DNA from: an uncultured Verrucomicrobiae bacterium
GTDB lineage: Bacteria > Verrucomicrobiota > Verrucomicrobiia > Chthoniobacterales > UBA10450
Direction: 5' to 3'
Length of the DNA: 64,000 nucleotides
NCBI GenBank assembly: GCA_963815455.1
Contig: CAWFGO010000002.1
Coordinates: forward strand, 352,001 to 416,000
Shown here: positions 28,329-37,773 of the stretch, piece by piece
Layout of the letters: each line of letters opens with the position of its first letter
How positions within the stretch are numbered: the first letter of the stretch is position 1
Position numbers and translations under genes: made by a program
The notes under the pieces: model-generated
The model's input: the letters and a program-made list of their open reading frames with translations, nothing else
Databases searched by the model: none
Told to the model about the DNA's origin: nothing

Positions 28329-31239
28329 ATGACCTCGACGCAGCAAAGCAGAATCGCCGCCACCGGTTCCGACGTGCGGTTCGATGATCTGACCCGGCAA
28401 CTTTACGCGACCGACGCGTCGATTTATCAGATCAAACCGGCGGGCGTTGCTTTTCCCCGCAGCCCGCAAGAAGCGAGCGCAATCATTCGAGCGGCAGCCG
28501 ATGCTGGTGTTGCGGTTACGCCGCGCGGGGCGGGCACGAGCCTGGTTGGAAATGCAATCGGTGACGGCTTGATCGTCGAGTTTTCGCGGTACAATCGGCA
28601 GATCGCCGGCCTCAACATCGACAATCGCACGGTGCGGGTCGGCGCCGGTGTGGTGCTGGATCAGTTAAATGCGTTTCTCCGCCCGCACGGATTCTGTTTC
28701 GGCCCCGATGTCGCAACCAGCGCACGCGCGACGCTGGGCGGAATGATTGCCAACAATTCCTCCGGCGCCCGGGTCCCGATTTACGGAACAACGGCCGATC
28801 ACGTTGTCTCGCTCGAAATCGTGATGGCCGATGGACGGATTGCGACCGTAGCGGCGTCGCTCGAAACCGAGCGGCAACAAATTCTCGGCATTGTTCGGGA
28901 GCATTCGGCCGCCATGGCCCAGCGCTGGCCGCCGGGTTTGCTCAAGCGATGGCCCGGTTACGGCATCGAACGTTTTCTGCGCGCGCCGAACGATCTCACC
29001 AATATTCTCGCGGGAAGCGAAGGCACGCTCGCCGCAATTTTTTCCGCCGAGCTAAAAATCTCGCCGTTGCCGCACGAAAAGGGACTCGGGCTGATCTTTT
29101 TCGCGTCTATCGGCGAGGCGATGCAAGCCACAGTCGAGCTTCTCGATCTTAAACCGGCTGCGATCGAGCACATTGATCGTCCGCTGCTCAATCAAACAAA
29201 GGGACAACTTCTGTTTCAACCGGCTCGCGATTTGTTGGAACTGGACACGAACCCATGCGAATCGATCCTGCTCGTCGAATTCTACCACGATGTGACCGAG
29301 CGATTGTCGATCCTGCAATCGAGAAAACTGGGATTGCGCACGAAAATCCTGACCGACCCGGCCCAGATGGAGCTGGCCTGGTCGGTGCGTAAAGCGGGCT
29401 TGTCGCTTCTGACCGGGTGCGTCGGGCCGGCCAAACCAGTCGCGTTCATCGAGGATGCCGCCGTCCGTCCCGCGCAGTTGCCTGATTACGTGCGCGGGCT
29501 TGCAATCGATCATGAAACCGCTCGGCCTCGAAGCCAGCTACTATGGCCATGCCGCCAGCGGATTGTTGCACGTGCGGCCGGTTCTCGATCTGCACGATGC
29601 CAACGATCGGAAAAAGCTTCGGCAAGTCGCGGATCAAACTTCGGCGCTGGTCCGGCAATTCAAGGGCTCGCTTTCAGCCGAGCACGGCGTCGGCATCGCT
29701 CGCACCGAATACATGCGCGAACAACTGGGCGACGAGCTGCTCGGAGTCATGCGCGAGATCAAGCGGACGTTCGATCCGAAAAACATTTTTAATCCCGGAA
29801 AGATTTTCAGCGTATTGGGGCCGCATGAGCGTCAGCACAGGATCGACAATTTCCTGCGCGAAAATTTCACGCGCCGATCGAGCTGCCATTCGAGCCGCGC
29901 CTGGCGTTTGCGTTTAAAGACGGCTCGTTCATCGGCAACCTGGAGCAATGCAACGGGTGCGGCGGCTGCCGCAAAGATGCGCCAACGATGTGCCCAACAT
30001 TCCTCGCCACCGGCGAAGAGATCATGTCCACGCGCGGACGGGCCAACATCATCCGGGCCGCCTTGGAACTGCGAGTAAACGGTCACGACCCGCTCAAATC
30101 GGCGGAGTTGGATGCGGCGCTGAGCAATTGTCTCTCCTGCAAGGGATGCACTCCGGAATGCCCATCCAACGTGAATCTGGCGTTGCTGAAAGCCGAGATG
30201 ATGTACGCGCGACATCGACGCGACGGTTTGCCATTGCGCGAACGAATTCTGAGCAATGTCGATCTTCTCGGGCGCATCGGGTGCGCGATGCCGTCGCTGG
30301 CAAATGCGATTGTCGATCTCAAACCGATGCGGCTACTGATGGAAAAGACAATCGGGATTTCGGCGAAACGGTCGTTGCCGCATTATGCGCAAGAGCGATT
30401 CGATCGCTGGTTTGCGAGGCGCACACCGGAGGGCCCTGCTTCCGCAGGGCCAGGACGCGCGGAAGCGCGTCCCTCCGATAGAAGAGGCAGAGTCATTCTC
30501 TGGGACGATACGTTCGTTCGTTACCACGAACCGCACATCGGAATCGCGGCGGTCAAAGTGCTCGAAGCACTCGGATTCGAGGTCGAGCTAATTCAAAATC
30601 GTCGATGCTGCGGACGTCCGGCATTTAGCCAAGGAAACCTGGATGCCGCAGCGGAGCTTGGAAAACACAATGTCGATCTTCTGAGTAATGTCAGTCCGGT
30701 CGAAGACTCGCGGTGGCGAGTTCGGACCTCGACCTCTCAATCGGCTCCGATCCTTTTTCTCGAGCCATCATGCTATTCGATGTTCGTGGAAGATTATCGC
30801 GAGTTGAAGATCGAAAACGCCGAGGAGGTGGCGAAGCGCTGTTTTCTTTTCGAGAAATTCGTGGATGATCTGCTGGTGCGCGAACCGGATGCGTTCCGAT
30901 TCAAACATCGCGGAGGCGAACGTCGCGATCCATGCGCATTGCCACGCCAAGTCGCTGATGAATCCGGCATTCATGTCACGATTGGCCGAGCGATTGCCCG
31001 GACGAAAAGCGACCGTGCTCGACACCGGCTGTTGCGGAATGGCCGGCGCGTTCGGCGCGCTGACGGAGAAATACGATTTATCTCTTCAAGTAGCCGCGCA
31101 CATGATCGACAAGATCGACAATCAACCACCAGGGACAGAGATCGTCGCTTCGGGAACAAGTTGCCGGCATCAGATTGTCGATCTTACCAACACGCGGCCC
31201 AAACACATGGCCGAGTTGTTAGCGGAAGCGATCGATTAG
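28329..31239 (+). CDS. FAD-linked oxidase/4Fe-4S/CCG-domain oxidoreductase (GlcD-GlcF fusion, YdiJ-like), about three frameshifts
   Basis: 'PRGAGTSLVG', 'GSEGTL', 'SAEHGVG', 'CNGCGGC', 'CLSCKGC..ECP' and two 'CCG' motifs over four ORF fragments. Confidence 0.85.
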
Positions 31240-31392
31240 CCCTTCGGCTTCGCCGCGCTTTGACCCTTTGCCCACTGTCCGTCAAATCAATGCAATTCTA
31301 CTCTGACCCCTATTCATTCTACGCAACGGCACAGAGCATATAGCGCGTCGTTAGCCGAAGCGATAGCAACCATCACATGAGCAACCAAGTCA

Positions 31393-31592
31393 TGTTATCC
31401 CGAAGTGCAACAAGGGATCTAACAGGCGATACGCGGGGTGGTTCGCGGGGTTCTTCGCTGCGCTCAGAATGACAGCCCAATGGCTTTTTTTAATCAACCG
31501 ACTTTCCTGACTGGCAAGGCTCGACGACAAGGCGGAAGTAATGAGGTTCCTCCCGCCACGGCGGGCAAGCTGTTGCTTCGCTCGGGATGACA
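31393..31592. repeat. Degenerate TGTCAT...ATGACA REP elements between convergent genes
   Basis: ttcttcgctgcgctcagaatgaca (ends 31474) and cttcgctcgggatgaca (ends 31592). Confidence 0.65.
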
Positions 31593-31601
31593 AAAGGGGC
31601 G

Positions 31602-32360
31602 CTACTTCTTCGGAGATTCGGCGGGTTTTGCGGCTTCGCCGGGTTTTGCCGGAGCTGCTTCGCCGCCGGGAAGATCTTCATCGGGAGCGGCCAAGAGGTC
31701 ATGCTCGACGAATGATTCCGGATGATTGGCCAGCTCTTTGCGTAAAGCAGCGATTTGTTCGGCGGTGACGGGACTGGCGTTGTTCCCCCACTCGCTCCGT
31801 TCGTAGGTCATCACATCGGCAATTTTTTGGTCGGTCAAAGTTTTATCCCACGGCTGCATCACCGCGCTGCCGTACTGCTGACCCTTGACCGTAACCGGGC
31901 CTTGCAACCCTTTGAGGACAATCATCGCCATACGCCGGGAGCCGCCAATGGTGAACTCCGAGCCGGCCAGCGGCGGATATTGGCCGGCGATGCCGAGCCC
32001 ATTGGCTTGATGACAGGTTTGGCAATTGGCCGAGAAAATCTTTTTGCCGCGATCCCGGGGCGTTAGTTCGGCTTGTTGCGGCTCGCCCTGAGGTCCACCT
32101 CCCTTTTTTGCCATTCGCGGCGCGCCGCCTAACGGATCGAGACCGTTACCGCTGAAATTTCCGGAGTAACGTCCGAGATAGGCGCCGCCAAAGAAAACGG
32201 CGAGCCCGTAGATGGCGATCAGCCACATCGAAAGCGGTTCAAGGCCGACTCGCGGCTCGCGCTTTTCTCGCTGAACAGCCGCGTGCACTTCCTGGACGTC
32301 GGCGAATTCGCTGTAGTCCATTCCCTGGCGCGGGCGCGATTCCGGTGAGCCTTCGTTCAT
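31602..32360 (-). CDS. Membrane-anchored monoheme cytochrome c
   Basis: One TM, 'CQTCHQANG.G...YPPLAGS', distal Met in 'AVMQPW'. Confidence 0.9.
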   Translation of the reverse strand: MNEGSPESRPRQGMDYSEFADVQEVHAAVQREKREPRVGLEPLSMWLIAIYGLAVFFGGAYLGRYSGNFSGNGLDPLGGAPRMAKKGGGPQGEPQQAELTPRDRGKKIFSANCQTCHQANGLGIAGQYPPLAGSEFTIGGSRRMAMIVLKGLQGPVTVKGQQYGSAVMQPWDKTLTDQKIADVMTYERSEWGNNASPVTAEQIAALRKELANHPESFVEHDLLAAPDEDLPGGEAAPAKPGEAAKPAESPKK

Positions 32361-33226
32361 TTTTTGGGCGGGGCCGGGCTAGCGGCGGGCGACGACACAG
32401 GGGCAGGCGCCGGTGCGGCTGATTTTACTTCAGGCAAGGGATGCGATTGATCGAGAGACATAAGATAAGCGACCAGACATTTTGCTTCGTAGCTGGGGAC
32501 AATCTCCCAGTTCTTGCGGGCTGCGCTCGAATTCATTAGCTCCAAGGCGTCGGCCGAGCGTTCACCCGATACTCGACGCTTTTCATAAAGGAAACGATAG
32601 GCCGGCATGTTCGAGTCCCTGGAGATGCTGCGCGGTGAGTAAAGATTGAGATGATGCCAGGCCGCCGAATAGGCCGGGGGTCCGGCGGGCGTCGGGGCAG
32701 GAACGGATTGGGGTGACGCAGCTGCAGCTGGAGTCGGGGCAGCGGCGGCCACAGGCGCTGACGATGCGACAGGACTCGCCGCCGGCGAAGCGCCACCTGG
32801 ACTCGGGCCCGCTGCGGCTGCGGCGTTTTCCTCCTCCACGGGAGCGGCTTTCCCAATGTTGGCCAAGTCCGGGCCCAGCCGTTCTTTCCCGAGAAGTACG
32901 GGTCGATCGAAAATATAGTCGCGGGGCGCGCTGCGGCGCATTCCCCATTTTGCATGCTGTCCCCAATCGCGCTCTCGATCGAGATCGGAAGCGGCATAAT
33001 CGGGGCGAAGTTGTTCGCTGTGGCAATAGATGCAGCCGTTGGCGACGTAAACCTGCCGCCCGCGTTCGACCATTCCCGATTGCGGCATTGGATAGATGTC
33101 AGTGCCTTCCTCGTCTGATTGCGGACTGAGATGACCGATTTGCCAATTCGGGATCAGAATCAGGCCGACCCACGAGAAAGCGAAGGTCCCAAAGATTCCG
33201 AGAAAAAGTGAAGCCAGGCCTTTCAT
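32357..33226 (-). CDS. ccoO: cbb3-type oxidase subunit II-like (CcoO) monoheme protein
   Basis: 'GRQVY..NGCIYCHSEQLR', 'ERLGPDLAN' and 'SNMPAY'. Confidence 0.88.
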   Translation of the reverse strand: MKGLASLFLGIFGTFAFSWVGLILIPNWQIGHLSPQSDEEGTDIYPMPQSGMVERGRQVYVANGCIYCHSEQLRPDYAASDLDRERDWGQHAKWGMRRSAPRDYIFDRPVLLGKERLGPDLANIGKAAPVEEENAAAAAGPSPGGASPAASPVASSAPVAAAAPTPAAAASPQSVPAPTPAGPPAYSAAWHHLNLYSPRSISRDSNMPAYRFLYEKRRVSGERSADALELMNSSAARKNWEIVPSYEAKCLVAYLMSLDQSHPLPEVKSAAPAPAPVSSPAASPAPPKK

Positions 33227-34710
33227 ACGTGCGCTTCGGAGTCCTCCGCTTCGACTGGATTAAGGAATGTCGGGACGGTCGAGGTCCTCCCCAGACCAAA
33301 GAGCATTAGCCCAAAATGAAATGCGAACCCGAAATTCGCCACGATCAGCAGAATCCAGGAAAGACTCCGCCCACGGAGGTATGGGAGAACGGTTTGGATG
33401 GCTTGGCTGAAAGGGAGGGTGGGGTTGTCCATGTTCGCGCCCTGAAGCAGGCCCCCGGTGAACAGCATCAAGACCATAAGGCCAATCCCGTAAGCCGAGC
33501 CCCAGAAATGCAATTTGATGAGCGAGGCGTAACGCCATTCCCGCCCCACCAATCGCGGCACGATGTAGTACATCGAGCCGAAAATGATCATGGTGTAAAA
33601 AGCGTAAAGCCCGAGGTCCGAATAGGCCGCGCTGGTTTCGGTAAAGTTCGCGTACCGGGCCACGGAGCGCAGCGAAATTAAAACGCCGATCAGACTAAAG
33701 ACCGTGTAAGACATCGCGCCGAATACGGTGAAGCGCAGCGTGGGGCTATAACGCATCAGCGGAAAATAACCTTGCATCGTCATGTGATGATTCAGGCCGA
33801 CCGTGGCTACCGGAATGATGGTGAGGATCGTCGCGGCGATGCTGGCCGTTATCATCCAGGCGGGAAACGGTCCATCGACCAGGCGTTGCATTCCCGTCCA
33901 GCTCGAAAAAAGGGCGTATGTCCAAAAACCGATAGTGGCGAGATGGTAACTGTAAACCGGACGCCCGATGACCTTCGGGATCATATAATACGCGACGCCC
34001 AGTCCGATCGCGCCGAGCCACAGGAAGAGCAGATTGTTTCCATACCACCAGGACACGGCGGCTTGCATCACCCCTTGCACAGGCACGACGAAGAGCATCA
34101 GATTGGCCGCGGCATAGAGCCATGGGAACCAGAGGAACGCGCCTACCAAATACCATTGGGTGATGTAAATCTGCTCGCCGTGCCTAAAACGGAACATTAA
34201 TACCGCCCAGGAAATGATCAGGGTATAGGCGACGAAGAGAACGATCGCCGCGTAGGGCGGAAACTCGAGCCAGTGATAGCCAGTGCCTTCTCCCGCCAGA
34301 ATTCCGCCAACGCCGAGGAGCACGCCAAAATTCCAAAAACCGGCGCCGGCGACGAGCAGAAGCGGGTGGCGCAGAGTTGTCCGGCACAGCCGGGCCACGA
34401 TCCAAATTGCGGTGCCCATTCCGGCCAGGGAAGCCCAGCCGTACACCATCACGTTCATCTGGGCCGGTCGCATCCGTCCCCAGGTGAGAAAGCTGATGTT
34501 CGAGAGAAAATCCGGCGCATGCATCTTAAAGGAAACGAATCCGGCCATCAGCGTGCCGATAAGCAGCCAGACAATCGCCGACGCGTAAAACATCAACACC
34601 GGCACGCGGGTCGAGGCATCGATCAACACGCGTTCGACCTGGTCGACGTCGGTGGCGGTAGCGCTCGCGGGAATCGTCGGTTCTTTCAACGGAATTCCGG
34701 GCGCGCTCAT
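33223..34710 (-). CDS. CcoN-like (cbb3 subunit I homolog) lacking the heme/CuB histidines
   Basis: CcoN scaffold ('TWGRMRP', 'WWYG', 'YYMIPK..GRPVYSY.L..IGFW', 'YYIVPRL') but ligand positions read Q, N, QR, Y-x-D. Confidence 0.85.
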   Translation of the reverse strand: MSAPGIPLKEPTIPASATATDVDQVERVLIDASTRVPVLMFYASAIVWLLIGTLMAGFVSFKMHAPDFLSNISFLTWGRMRPAQMNVMVYGWASLAGMGTAIWIVARLCRTTLRHPLLLVAGAGFWNFGVLLGVGGILAGEGTGYHWLEFPPYAAIVLFVAYTLIISWAVLMFRFRHGEQIYITQWYLVGAFLWFPWLYAAANLMLFVVPVQGVMQAAVSWWYGNNLLFLWLGAIGLGVAYYMIPKVIGRPVYSYHLATIGFWTYALFSSWTGMQRLVDGPFPAWMITASIAATILTIIPVATVGLNHHMTMQGYFPLMRYSPTLRFTVFGAMSYTVFSLIGVLISLRSVARYANFTETSAAYSDLGLYAFYTMIIFGSMYYIVPRLVGREWRYASLIKLHFWGSAYGIGLMVLMLFTGGLLQGANMDNPTLPFSQAIQTVLPYLRGRSLSWILLIVANFGFAFHFGLMLFGLGRTSTVPTFLNPVEAEDSEAHV

Positions 34711-34759
34711 GTTTTCGTTTGGAGGATCGACATGTTCATTCGTAACGGACTCAAATTAG

Positions 34760-35323
34760 TTATGGCGTTTGTGCGGGGAACCGGTGTCGGTGATGCCGCC
34801 GCTGGTGATTGTGCAGGCGCCACAGGTTTATTGACCGCAGCGGCGGGTTGTCCGTGCGCTTCCGATTTCGGGCCCGAGACCGAGGTCGCTGTCGGGGTCC
34901 CGGCTGGCGTCGGCGAGGCAGTCGGCGCCGGAGTTGGCTTTGGCGCAGCCGTGCGGTCGGGGCCGGCGCCGCCGAAGCCTGAGGTGCAGGCGTGGCGATT
35001 GGACCCGCCGCAGCAGGTTGTTTCTGCGCCAGATCGGCAATGGTTAGTTGCATCGCTTGCTCGATTGGCACCCGAACAGTGCCCTTGGCCTTGTCGATCC
35101 AACCGTAAGTAGTAAGCGCTTTGGCGTTCTCGTCGCGAAGAGTTTTGAGCTTTTCTTCGCGAGCCTTCGCTCGTTTCTGTTCGTAATCATCGCTGCGCGG
35201 CGACGGCCCGATAATTGCCAGCACGATCACACCGAAGATGGCAAACAACACCACTACGCCCACCCACGTGGAAAAGGGCGCGCGCGTTTGCGCTACTTCG
35301 CGGAGTTGTTCCGACGTGGTCAT
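34760..35323 (-). CDS. Single-TM ACIII-associated protein (ActG-like) with P/A-rich tail; probable frameshifts in the tail
   Basis: One TM then 'LTTYGWIDKAKGTVRVPIEQAM'; lies directly after actF. Confidence 0.65.
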   Translation of the reverse strand: MTTSEQLREVAQTRAPFSTWVGVVVLFAIFGVIVLAIIGPSPRSDDYEQKRAKAREEKLKTLRDENAKALTTYGWIDKAKGTVRVPIEQAMQLTIADLAQKQPAAAGPIATPAPQASAAPAPTARLRQSQLRRRLPRRRQPGPRQRPRSRARNRKRTDNPPLRSINLWRLHNHQRRHHRHRFPAQTP

Positions 35324-35324
35324 G

Positions 35325-36527
35325 TTAATTTATTGTTTTTAAAGATTCGATCAGGCGCGGGTCGCGGACTGGAAAGAGGGAAGTGCGCGGCAAAATTTGA
35401 ACGTAAACAAATGCGAGGGTTGTGCCGATCCCGATCAATGCGACGAAATCCCAGATGCTGACGTGGACGCCGGTGCCGTGCAGCGCGGGCAGGACGACAA
35501 TGTACATGTCGAGCATCTGCATCAGGACGATCCAGCCGGCCATGTAACAGAGACGACCCGGTTGCTTCTTGATCGACCGCAAGAGCAGAATGGCAAACGG
35601 TCCAAAGAAACGCCCGATTACCAGGAGCATGGTCAACGTCCACCACGATTGGGTATTCCGGACGATGAAATACTGCGTCTCCTCCGGCATGTTCGCATAC
35701 CAGATAAGCATGTATTGACCGAAGCCGATGTAGGCCCAGAAAACGCAGAAGGCGAACATCCATTTTCCCATGATGTGGTAATGCTCGACGGTAACGATTT
35801 CCTTTAAATAACCGGCCCGGCGCAAAGCTGTAATCACGAGGACAAGCAGGGCCATGGAACTGCCGGCGGTCCCGGCAAAGATGTAAACGCCGAACATGGT
35901 CGAGAACCAGTGATAGTTCAGGCTCATCAGCCAATCGAACGCGCCGAAAGTGAGGCAGAGGGCAAAGACCGGTAAACTGGCGAACGCGATCTTGCGCATC
36001 CAGATGGTGTGCCGCGGATTTCCGTCCTTGTCCTGCCGCGCCGAAAACCGGAGCAACAACTGCGAAGCGATGATGAACAACCCGAAGAAAATTACGGCGC
36101 GGACAAGGAAGAAATTCCAATTGAGATAGGCGCGCTTGGAATCGAGCGCGGCCTCCTGTCCCGGCTGAATATTCATCCATTCGTAAAGATGATGTCGAAG
36201 CAATAGAACCGGCACAAAGAACAGCGCCATCATTGCCAGGAGCGAGCCGATGTTTTCCATTTGGCGCCGCACCACCACCGACCAGTTCGCATCGGTGGCA
36301 TGATGAACGATCGTCCAGAAAAAGCAGCCGGCGCACAGGGTAAAGAAAAAAGCGAAAGCGAACAGCCAGGAGAAACTGAATTGCTGAGGATCGACAAACG
36401 CGCCCACGATGCAAAGAGCCAGGGCAATGAAAGCGACCAGCCCAAGAAGGATCGAGAGCCCGGTAAAACGGCTGCTCTCGAAACGCTCGCCTTCCGGCGC
36501 GGGCAAGTTATGAGAACGATCGCTCAT
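35325..36527 (-). CDS. actF: Alternative complex III membrane subunit F
   Basis: About 10 TM; 'DWLMSL..HWFSTMFG' and 'FWAYI.FGQYMLIWYANMPEET'. Confidence 0.9.
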   Translation of the reverse strand: MSDRSHNLPAPEGERFESSRFTGLSILLGLVAFIALALCIVGAFVDPQQFSFSWLFAFAFFFTLCAGCFFWTIVHHATDANWSVVVRRQMENIGSLLAMMALFFVPVLLLRHHLYEWMNIQPGQEAALDSKRAYLNWNFFLVRAVIFFGLFIIASQLLLRFSARQDKDGNPRHTIWMRKIAFASLPVFALCLTFGAFDWLMSLNYHWFSTMFGVYIFAGTAGSSMALLVLVITALRRAGYLKEIVTVEHYHIMGKWMFAFCVFWAYIGFGQYMLIWYANMPEETQYFIVRNTQSWWTLTMLLVIGRFFGPFAILLLRSIKKQPGRLCYMAGWIVLMQMLDMYIVVLPALHGTGVHVSIWDFVALIGIGTTLAFVYVQILPRTSLFPVRDPRLIESLKTIN

Positions 36528-37216
36528 TGTTTCTCCATCTCAGCGCGATGTTCCGCCGGAACATCGGCAATGGTTGCGTTTTGACTGCGCTGGAGAGCGC
36601 GCAGATAAGCGATGATCGCCCACCGATCAGCCACGGTGACGTTCGGTCCGTAGGCCATCATCGTGTTCTTGCCGTGCGTGACGGTGTTAAAAATTTCGCC
36701 GTCAGCCATCTTGCGAATCCGGTCGTCCTGCAACGTGACCACGGTGGCGAGACCATATTGTTTGGTGATGCCGTTGCCTGCAGCGCTGGCGCCGTGGCAC
36801 ATCGCGCAGGTGATATCGAATCGGTGACGGCCGCGCTCCATCAATTCCGGCGTGACCTTGAGCGGAATGCCCGTGCCCCAATGATCGCCCATCTTTCCGG
36901 TGTTGTAATAATCGGTGCCGGCGCTGAAGGCGACCTGCGAATGGGCTCGAGGCGATTCAACCGAAACTGCCGGTGTTGCGATCGTTTCCGGTTTCGGCAT
37001 TTCGTAGCCGATCGGCACCGTGCCGGCCACAGGCAGGCGCGATCCTCGACCATCGGCAAAAAATCCGAGCGGGGCCTGCGCGCGCACTTTCATCTGGCGC
37101 ACCATGTCGGGGAAAACCTCGATCGGCGAGCCGGTGCTTTTTTGTCCGCGAAATCCCAGCACGGCAACAAGCGCGACGGCGCACAGCAGGAACATTACGA
37201 GAAAGCCGCGGATCAT
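36524..37216 (-). CDS. actE: Alternative complex III monoheme cytochrome c subunit E
   Basis: 'PDMVRQMK', 'CAMCHG' and 'DRWAIIAYLRALQ'. Confidence 0.9.
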   Translation of the reverse strand: MIRGFLVMFLLCAVALVAVLGFRGQKSTGSPIEVFPDMVRQMKVRAQAPLGFFADGRGSRLPVAGTVPIGYEMPKPETIATPAVSVESPRAHSQVAFSAGTDYYNTGKMGDHWGTGIPLKVTPELMERGRHRFDITCAMCHGASAAGNGITKQYGLATVVTLQDDRIRKMADGEIFNTVTHGKNTMMAYGPNVTVADRWAIIAYLRALQRSQNATIADVPAEHRAEMEKQ

Positions 37217-37773
37217 TCTTCCTCCTCGTGAATAATGGTGATGTGCTGGCCGCCGGTGCGTTCGAGAAGCTCGCGCGCTTCGATTTCGGTAAAGCGCGGG
37301 TCGCGCGCTTCAATCGCGAGAAAGAAACCGTCGTTGGTGGCGCGTTTGAATCGTTCCCAGTTAAAAATCGGATGATTCCAGCGGGGCAGACCGTTCATGA
37401 TCTGCCAGGCGAAAAACGCAGCGAACGCCGCGAACAGCACGGTCAGCTCGAACATGATCGGGAAAAACGCCGGCACGGTGAAAAAGTTCGTCGGTTTGCC
37501 GTGAACGACGAGCGGATACAGAAATGACGATGGACCAAATTCGACGAACGCCGCGGTGCTCAACCCGGTGATACCGCCGATCAATACCCAAGTGCTCAGC
37601 CACGATTTGCCAAGCCCCATCGCCTCGTCCATTCCGTGGATTGGAAATGGCGAAAAAACATCCCAGCGTTTGAACCCGGCATCGCGCACCATTTTCGCCG
37701 CTTCATAAAGCGCGGCCGCACTCGGATATTCCGCTCCCATTGCGTAAACTTTGTGACCGGAAGGCGTTTTCAT
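37213..37773 (-). CDS. actD: Alternative complex III subunit D (DUF3341)
   Basis: '[16 protein letters not shown]' and '[12 protein letters not shown]'. Confidence 0.92.
   Translation of the reverse strand: MKTPSGHKVYAMGAEYPSAAALYEAAKMVRDAGFKRWDVFSPFPIHGMDEAMGLGKSWLSTWVLIGGITGLSTAAFVEFGPSSFLYPLVVHGKPTNFFTVPAFFPIMFELTVLFAAFAAFFAWQIMNGLPRWNHPIFNWERFKRATNDGFFLAIEARDPRFTEIEARELLERTGGQHITIIHEEEE

Noticed and set aside
32690..32830. Pro/Ala-rich low-complexity stretches in CcoO, the ActG-like protein and ORF 25867-26706
   Set aside because: Ordinary flexible linkers with no exact DNA repeat unit.
33223..34710. A functional cbb3 oxidase or NO reductase
   Set aside because: All canonical heme and CuB/FeB histidines are absent.
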